Shown one piece after another: positions 38,996 to 44,125 of a stretch of DNA of 44,125 nucleotides. The translations under genes were made by a program, and so were the position numbers. Under the pieces are notes generated by a model, which was given only the letters and a program-made list of their open reading frames with translations, did no database searches and was not told the DNA's origin. How positions within the stretch are numbered: the stretch's first letter is position 1; each line of letters begins with the position of its first letter. The DNA is from Candidatus Anaerotruncus excrementipullorum (lineage in GTDB: Bacteria > Bacillota > Clostridia > Oscillospirales > Ruminococcaceae): NCBI GenBank assembly GCA_019114825.1, contig DXES01000011.1, positions 1 to 44,125 on the forward strand. The letters are read 5' to 3'.

Positions 38996-40125
38996 CCCCC
39001 TACACCGGGCTATTGTTCTTTTATATCCTGGCGCTGGCCCTGGTCCCGGCAGTGGCGCTGGGCCTGGCGGGCCGCTCCCTGCGGGGGTATGGGCTGGCCT
39101 TTTCGGTGGGGATGCTCTGCATCCTCTTTGGCCTAAACGGGCAGCTCCTATTTTTGGCGGTGTTTGCCGCCTGGGAGCTGGGGCTCTGCGGCCTGTTTTG
39201 GCGGCTGCGCCGCCGCCCCCGGCCCGCCCTGTGGGTGGCGGTGGTGCTGGCGCTGCTGCCCCTGGCCCTGGTGAAGGTGGGGGAGGTGTGGGCGCCGCTG
39301 GGCTTTTTCCGCCTGATGGGGGTCAGCTATATGACCTTCCGGGCGGTGGAGGTGCTGCTGAACTGCTACGACGGCCGCCTCAAATCCCTGCACTTCGGGG
39401 ACCTGTGCTACTTTCTGCTCTTCTTCCCCGCGGTGAGCGCGGGCCCCATCGACCGGTTTAAGCGGTTCTGTGGCGATATAGCCGCCGCCCCCGGCCGGGA
39501 GGCCTACCTGGAACTCCTGCGCCAGGGGGTGTGGAAGCTGGCGGGCGGGGCGTTCGGCGGCATCCTGCTGGGCGGGCTGCTCCAGGCCTATTGGCTGGCA
39601 CCCCTGCCAGAGCGAGGGCTGGGGGCCACCCTCTCCTACATGTACGGCTACACGCTGTTTTTGTTCTGCAACTTCGCCGGCTACAGCTCCATGGCCATCG
39701 GCACCGGTTACCTTTTGGGGGTGCGGGTGCCGGAGAACTTTCGCCAGCCGTTTCTCAGCGTGGATATGAAGGAGTTCTGGTCCCGGTGGCATAGCACCCT
39801 CTCCACCTGGCTGCGGGACTATGTGTACAGCCGGTTTGTACTGCGCTCCCTAAAGCAGAGGCGGTTTCGCAACCCCCGGACGGCCTCCTATCTGGGCTAT
39901 CTGCTCACTATGCTGGCCATGGGCCTCTGGCACGGGCTGGCCCCACACTATCTCGCCTACGGCGCCTACCACAGCGCCCTCATGTGCCTCAATGAGGCGC
40001 TGGACCTGCACTGGAGGCCGTTTAAAAAGCTGAAAAAACAGGGCGCGGGGCAGCTTTGCTGCGCGCTGGTCACCTTCCACCTGTTCGCCTTTGGGCTGCT
40101 CATCTTCTCCGGGCGGCTGTTTTAA
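38992..40125 (+). CDS. dltB: MBOAT protein DltB
   Basis: MTPY start, GVSYMTFR, GPIDRF, EFWSRWH, MGLWHG, LIFSG end. Confidence 0.93.
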   Translation: MTPYTGLLFFYILALALVPAVALGLAGRSLRGYGLAFSVGMLCILFGLNGQLLFLAVFAAWELGLCGLFWRLRRRPRPALWVAVVLALLPLALVKVGEVWAPLGFFRLMGVSYMTFRAVEVLLNCYDGRLKSLHFGDLCYFLLFFPAVSAGPIDRFKRFCGDIAAAPGREAYLELLRQGVWKLAGGAFGGILLGGLLQAYWLAPLPERGLGATLSYMYGYTLFLFCNFAGYSSMAIGTGYLLGVRVPENFRQPFLSVDMKEFWSRWHSTLSTWLRDYVYSRFVLRSLKQRRFRNPRTASYLGYLLTMLAMGLWHGLAPHYLAYGAYHSALMCLNEALDLHWRPFKKLKKQGAGQLCCALVTFHLFAFGLLIFSGRLF

Positions 40126-40142
40126 GATTGGAGGGATTTTCT

Positions 40143-40376
40143 GTGGAAGAAAAAGTTTTGCAGATCCTCGGCGGCCTCTGCGGCGCCGAACCGGGGGAGC
40201 TTTCCCCCGGCCTGGACCTGTTTGAGGAAGGGCTTTTGGATTCCTTTGCTACCGTCCAGCTGCTGCTGGAGTTGGAGGAGGCGTTCGGCGTTTCCCTGGC
40301 CCTGGAGGAGCTCTCCCGGGAGCAGATTGCCACCCCGGCCAAAATCGCCGCCCTGGTGCGGGAGGCCCAGGGGTGA
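40143..40376 (+). CDS. dltC: D-alanyl carrier protein
   Basis: DLFEEGLLDSF phosphopantetheine Ser motif; SD GGAGG before GTG. Confidence 0.92.
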   Translation: MEEKVLQILGGLCGAEPGELSPGLDLFEEGLLDSFATVQLLLELEEAFGVSLALEELSREQIATPAKIAALVREAQG

Positions 40377-41584
40377 GGGCGGCTCTTCGCCAGGTGCTGC
40401 TGCCCACCCTGGGGCTGCTGCTGGCGGCGGCGCTGATCCTCTGGGGGGTGGGCAGCGCCCTCATTTGCTCCATGCCCCCCTGGCGGGACAGCGTGGGGAA
40501 CCAGAACGCCGCCGAAAAGATCACCGGCTGCTATCTGTTGGCCCAGTCGGCCACCCAGGAGGACACCCTGCTGCTCTTCGGCTCCAGCGAGCTGCGCACC
40601 ACCGAAATCTGCACCCACCCGGCCAATTTTTTCGCCGGCAAACGGGCAGGCTTCCAGGTGGACCTGATCGGCCGGGGCTCCTGCCAGTCGTTGATCCATG
40701 CGCTGCAGATTGCCGCCTCGGGCGACAGCCTGCGGGGCAAAAAGGTGGTGCTGATCACCTCCCCCCAGTCGTATGTGGCGGGGGGGATCGCCCCCGACCT
40801 GTTCTATGCCAACTTCTCCGCCCAGCAGTACCTGGCGCTTTTGGAGGATGACAGCCTTTCCCCCCAGCTCAAACAGTACCTCTCCGGCCGGGTGGCCAAG
40901 CTGTTGGCGGACTATGCCGCGCTGCCCGATGCTGCCCCGGTGGACCCGGCCCTGCAGCTGCTGGCAAAGCAGCAGTCCCGGCCCTCCGCCCTGGCCGGGG
41001 CGGCCACCGCCCTGCTGACCCCCTACTATGCCCTCTCCGGCTACCTGGGGAGCCTGCGGGATCTGGCCGCAGCCCGCCCGCTTTTGGCGGCGGGGGAGGA
41101 TACGGCGGCCCCCATCCAGCCGGACCCCATCGACTGGGCGGCGGAGGAGGCCGCCGCGGTGGCCCAGGCGGAGCAGATGAGCGCCAACAACGAGTTCGGC
41201 ATGGAGGACGGCTACTATACCACCTATATCGGCGACCGGCTGGAGCGGCTGGCGGGCCGGGAATCCCAGCTGAGCTATGCCGATTCGCCGGAGTATGACG
41301 ACCTGCGCGCCCTTTTCCAGGTCTGCCGGGAGAAGGGGATCCGGCCGCTGTTTATCCATGTGCCCCTCCACGGGCAGTGGAGCGACTACACCGGCTTTAC
41401 CGCCGGCCGGCGGGCGCAGTACTACGAAAACGTCCGCCAAATCGCCGGGGAATACGGCGTCCAGCTCCTGGACCTCACCGGCTATGAGTATGAGGAATAT
41501 TTTTTGTGCGACACCATGCATCTGGGATGGAAGGGGTGGCTTGCGGTTGATCGGGCGCTTATCGGCTACTATTACGGCCTGTAA
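40373..41584 (+). CDS. dltD: DltD
   Basis: FGSSEL, LITSPQ, DTMHLGWKGW. Confidence 0.93.
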   Translation: MRAALRQVLLPTLGLLLAAALILWGVGSALICSMPPWRDSVGNQNAAEKITGCYLLAQSATQEDTLLLFGSSELRTTEICTHPANFFAGKRAGFQVDLIGRGSCQSLIHALQIAASGDSLRGKKVVLITSPQSYVAGGIAPDLFYANFSAQQYLALLEDDSLSPQLKQYLSGRVAKLLADYAALPDAAPVDPALQLLAKQQSRPSALAGAATALLTPYYALSGYLGSLRDLAAARPLLAAGEDTAAPIQPDPIDWAAEEAAAVAQAEQMSANNEFGMEDGYYTTYIGDRLERLAGRESQLSYADSPEYDDLRALFQVCREKGIRPLFIHVPLHGQWSDYTGFTAGRRAQYYENVRQIAGEYGVQLLDLTGYEYEEYFLCDTMHLGWKGWLAVDRALIGYYYGL

Positions 41585-41708
41585 GGAGTGGGTTTTCCGC
41601 CGCCGGGCCGCCCGTTGGGGCTGGTACCTGCTGGTGGTGCTGGGGCTGGCGGCCTTTTGGCTGTTCGCCCCCCAGGCGGAGATTGCCTTTATTTACAACG
41701 CCTTTTGA
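41547..41708 (+). CDS. dltX: DltX-like small membrane protein (start codon uncertain)
   Basis: Basic patch, one TM, C-terminal FIYNAF signature; overlaps the dltD end. Confidence 0.72.
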   Translation: MIGRLSATITACKEWVFRRRAARWGWYLLVVLGLAAFWLFAPQAEIAFIYNAF

Positions 41709-41719
41709 GGGCATGAAAG

Positions 41720-41755
41720 AGCCGCAGGGGAACCCATCCTTCCCCTGCGGCTTTG
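41720..41755 (+). terminator. dlt operon terminator
   Basis: AGCCGCAGGGGAA / TTCCCCTGCGGCT stem followed by TT. Confidence 0.75.
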
Positions 41756-41834
41756 CTCTGCGGGGCGGTGGACAGCCGCCAAAATCTGTGCTAGGATATG
41801 GGTTGGAAGTATTTTGAAATTTTTCTCCAAACAG

Positions 41835-41864
41835 CAAAACCCTTCCCGGCCATTCTGTGTCCAA
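41835..41864 (+). promoter_or_regulatory. ECF-type promoter, likely autoregulatory
   Basis: CAAAAC-N17-TGTCCAA upstream of the ECF gene. Confidence 0.55.
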
Positions 41865-41935
41865 CTGGGCAGAGGGGCGTCCGCCGCCCCTCCCAAGGCC
41901 CCACAGAATCCCCACAGATAAGGAGGAAACCCGTC

Positions 41936-44038
41936 ATGAAACCCGATTTGACCGCACTGGTAAACGCCGCCAGGCAGGGGGACAGCACCGCCTATACAGC
42001 TCTCTATAACGCCACCGCCCAGCAGATGCTGGGCCGGGCCCGGGCAATGGTGCGCAGCGACCAGGACGCCCTGGACCTGCTGCAGGAGAGTTACCTCTAT
42101 GCCTTCCGTTCGCTGGACCAGCTGGAACACCCGGAATATTTTACCACCTGGCTCTACCGGATTGTCACCAACCGGTGCAAAAATTTTCTCACCCGCTCCA
42201 AGCCCCGCCTATTCGAGGTCTCCCTGACCAACGAGGAGGGGGAGGAGCCCGACCGGGAGGACGAGGACATCACCTTCCGTCCGGATGAATCCCTGGATTA
42301 CACCGAGACCAAGCGGCTGGTCCGCCAGGCGGTGGATAGCCTTCCGGATGACCAGCGCACCTGCATCCTGCTGCACTATTTCCAGAATTTGAAGGTCTCC
42401 CAGATCGCCCAGGCCCTGGAGGTGCCGGAAAACACCGTCAAAAGCCGCCTTTCCTACGCCCGCAAAAAGCTGATGGCTCAATTCCAGGCGCTGGAGAAGC
42501 AGGGCACCAAGCTCTATGCGGTGCCGTTCTTCCCGTTCCTCAGCTGGATGCTCTCGGAGAGCACCAGCCAGCTGGCCGCCCGCAGCCTGGATGGGCTGCT
42601 GCCCCCCATCCTGGGTGGGCTTTCCGCCGGGACAGCTGCCGCTGGGGCGGCTGCTGCCTCCGGCGCCGCGGCCACCGCAGAAACCGCTGCGGCATCGGGC
42701 GGCGCCGCCGCAGCCGCCGCAACCGGGGAGGCCGCCGCAGCAGGTACCGCCGCAGCCACAGGGGCCTCTGCCGCCGCTACGGCGGCAGGTACCACCCATG
42801 CGGGCCTTCTGGGGGCCGCCGGGACCAAGGCGGTGGCCGGGATCGTGGCTGCCGCAGTGGTGGCAGGGGGCGGGGTGGCCGCCTCCCGGCTGCTGCACCA
42901 GGAGCCGCCGGAGGAGCCCGCCGCCAGCCAGGTGGAGGTGCTGCCGGAGGGGTATGTGTTCTGGCAGGAGCTCACCGACCCGGCGGGGACGCTGGACCCG
43001 GCGGCCTACCATGTGCGCCTGGGGATCAGCGAACCGGCGGTGGTGCAGGAATATTACCCCGAGACCCAGGAGCTCTACATCACTGTCCCGGAGGGAGGGA
43101 CGGTCACCTTTTCCTGGCTGCCCTCCTTTGAGGATGCAGCCGGCGGGGTGGCGCCCTACGACTTGCAGGGCGACGATCCGCTCCTCTATTGGACGGCGGC
43201 GGACCGGGAGGACCCCCTCTATGGCGGGGAGGGTACGAAGCGGGATGAAGAGACGGGGGCGTACTTCTATTATGGCCCCCTGGTGCTGGATGCCCAGACC
43301 GGCTCCGCCCAGGACACCCAGGCGGGCCTGAGCCAGACGGTCACCTTCAGCGGGGACGGGGCGTTTTACCTAAACGCCGGTTGGTCCGCCCAAACGGAGG
43401 CGGGGCAGGCCGCCATCACCCCCACCATCTATATCAAGACGACCCGCCAGCCCAGCAACCCCCTGAGCTTCCAGGTGGAGATGCCCAGCCTCTATAACCC
43501 CGACCAGTACACCCGTGACCTGTGTGTCACCGAGCCCGCCCAGGTCACCGACTGTGACCTGGAGACCCAGACCATCTATATCACCGCCCATGTGGGGGAC
43601 GAGTTCGAGTTCGGAAGCGTCAAAAAAGTGACCCGTCCGGCGCTCACCCTGGCGGAGTTGAAAGCGGAATACAAAGGCGAAAACCCCACTCCTTGGAAGG
43701 AGTACCCTTCGGGCAGTTTCGGCGGCTCTGGCTGGTCCAATGGCCCCGCCGACCCGGAACAAATAGCCTACGGTACCAATTCCGTTTTTGTCCGCGTGGT
43801 GACCCCCGATGGCGCTATGCAAACGCCTGAGGGGGAGGAATACAGCCCGGTGGTGGAACGGATTGCCCACTACCCCGGGGATTACAACGGGCCAATCCGT
43901 GCGGTCAACCCCGGCACTGTGGCCTTCATCGAATGGCACTTGCAAAGTGCAAAAACAGAGGAGGGGCAGTGGTACTCCGAGCCCCAGCCCCCCCAGTGGG
44001 AATTCCGGATCAGCTATGTGATCACCGTTCTGCCTTAA
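41936..44038 (+). CDS. ECF sigma factor fused to Ala-rich linker, TM helix and large C-terminal domain (700 aa)
   Basis: Region 2 DALDLLQE...FTTWLYRIVTN; region 4 IAQALEVPENTVKSRLSYARKKL; SD TAAGGAGG. Confidence 0.9.
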   Translation: MKPDLTALVNAARQGDSTAYTALYNATAQQMLGRARAMVRSDQDALDLLQESYLYAFRSLDQLEHPEYFTTWLYRIVTNRCKNFLTRSKPRLFEVSLTNEEGEEPDREDEDITFRPDESLDYTETKRLVRQAVDSLPDDQRTCILLHYFQNLKVSQIAQALEVPENTVKSRLSYARKKLMAQFQALEKQGTKLYAVPFFPFLSWMLSESTSQLAARSLDGLLPPILGGLSAGTAAAGAAAASGAAATAETAAASGGAAAAAATGEAAAAGTAAATGASAAATAAGTTHAGLLGAAGTKAVAGIVAAAVVAGGGVAASRLLHQEPPEEPAASQVEVLPEGYVFWQELTDPAGTLDPAAYHVRLGISEPAVVQEYYPETQELYITVPEGGTVTFSWLPSFEDAAGGVAPYDLQGDDPLLYWTAADREDPLYGGEGTKRDEETGAYFYYGPLVLDAQTGSAQDTQAGLSQTVTFSGDGAFYLNAGWSAQTEAGQAAITPTIYIKTTRQPSNPLSFQVEMPSLYNPDQYTRDLCVTEPAQVTDCDLETQTIYITAHVGDEFEFGSVKKVTRPALTLAELKAEYKGENPTPWKEYPSGSFGGSGWSNGPADPEQIAYGTNSVFVRVVTPDGAMQTPEGEEYSPVVERIAHYPGDYNGPIRAVNPGTVAFIEWHLQSAKTEEGQWYSEPQPPQWEFRISYVITVLP

Positions 44039-44044
44039 AATTTT

Positions 44045-44087
44045 AAAAAGGGGAAAGCCGCTAACCGAAGGCTTCCCCCAACAAAAA
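44045..44087. terminator. Hairpin downstream of the ECF gene
   Basis: GGGGAAAGCC...GGCTTCCCC flanked by A-runs. Confidence 0.45.
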
Positions 44088-44101
44088 GCGGCGCGCATGG
44101 G

Positions 44102-44125
44102 TGAAGTGCCCCCAAAAAGTTAGAC
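44102..44125. mobile_element. Terminal inverted repeat of an IS3-family (IS150-group-like) element, cut by the window edge
   Basis: TGAAGTGCCCCCAAAAAGTTAGAC begins with TG and resembles Firmicute IS150-group ends as I recall them (TGAACTGCACCCCAAAAGTTAGAC type). Confidence 0.6.

Noticed and set aside
37475-41584. NRPS-like secondary metabolite cluster
   Set aside because: The adenylation, carrier, MBOAT and DltD genes match dltABCD, and there is no condensation or thioesterase domain.
42620-42830. GCC/GCG-rich repeat array
   Set aside because: It is a low-complexity Ala-rich coding linker with no fixed repeat unit or spacers.
1-44125. CRISPR array, tRNA or rRNA genes
   Set aside because: I saw no regularly spaced repeat-spacer units, cloverleaf or rRNA-like sequence by eye. 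A covariance-model scan would be needed to exclude small RNAs.

Overview
GC-rich chromosomal segment of a spore-forming Firmicute. Gene content and SD/promoter style suggest Clostridia, probably Oscillospiraceae-like (inference). The backbone carries guaA, pyk, cls, galE, a YgiQ radical SAM gene, tepA-ylzJ-uppP-ftsK/spoIIIE, a dCMP deaminase, rsmA and recQ. Several accessory envelope or stress modules are interleaved: (1) a YtrA/GntR-ABC operon with a recognisable operator; (2) an HscC-type Hsp70 with two paralogous HPE-motif J-domain proteins, each with one TM helix and a large homologous C-terminal domain, plus a DUF1266-like gene broken by a 4-bp duplication; (3) an extended dlt operon (transglutaminase-like, serine-hydrolase and small lipoproteins, then dltABCD and a trailing dltX) behind LytTR-type repeats and a decayed kinase/LytTR locus; (4) a 700-aa ECF sigma factor fused to a TM helix and a duplicated putative extracellular domain; (5) a class B sortase with a lipobox. 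Traces of mobility are an AT-rich att-like junction at the guaA 3' end, a collapsed low-GC 'radical SAM mobile pair' relic and an IS3-family-like terminal repeat at the right edge. The best candidates for undescribed systems are the receptor-like J-protein/HscC/DUF1266 module, the extended dlt operon and the transmembrane ECF fusion. All family calls come from motif recognition by eye, not database searches.
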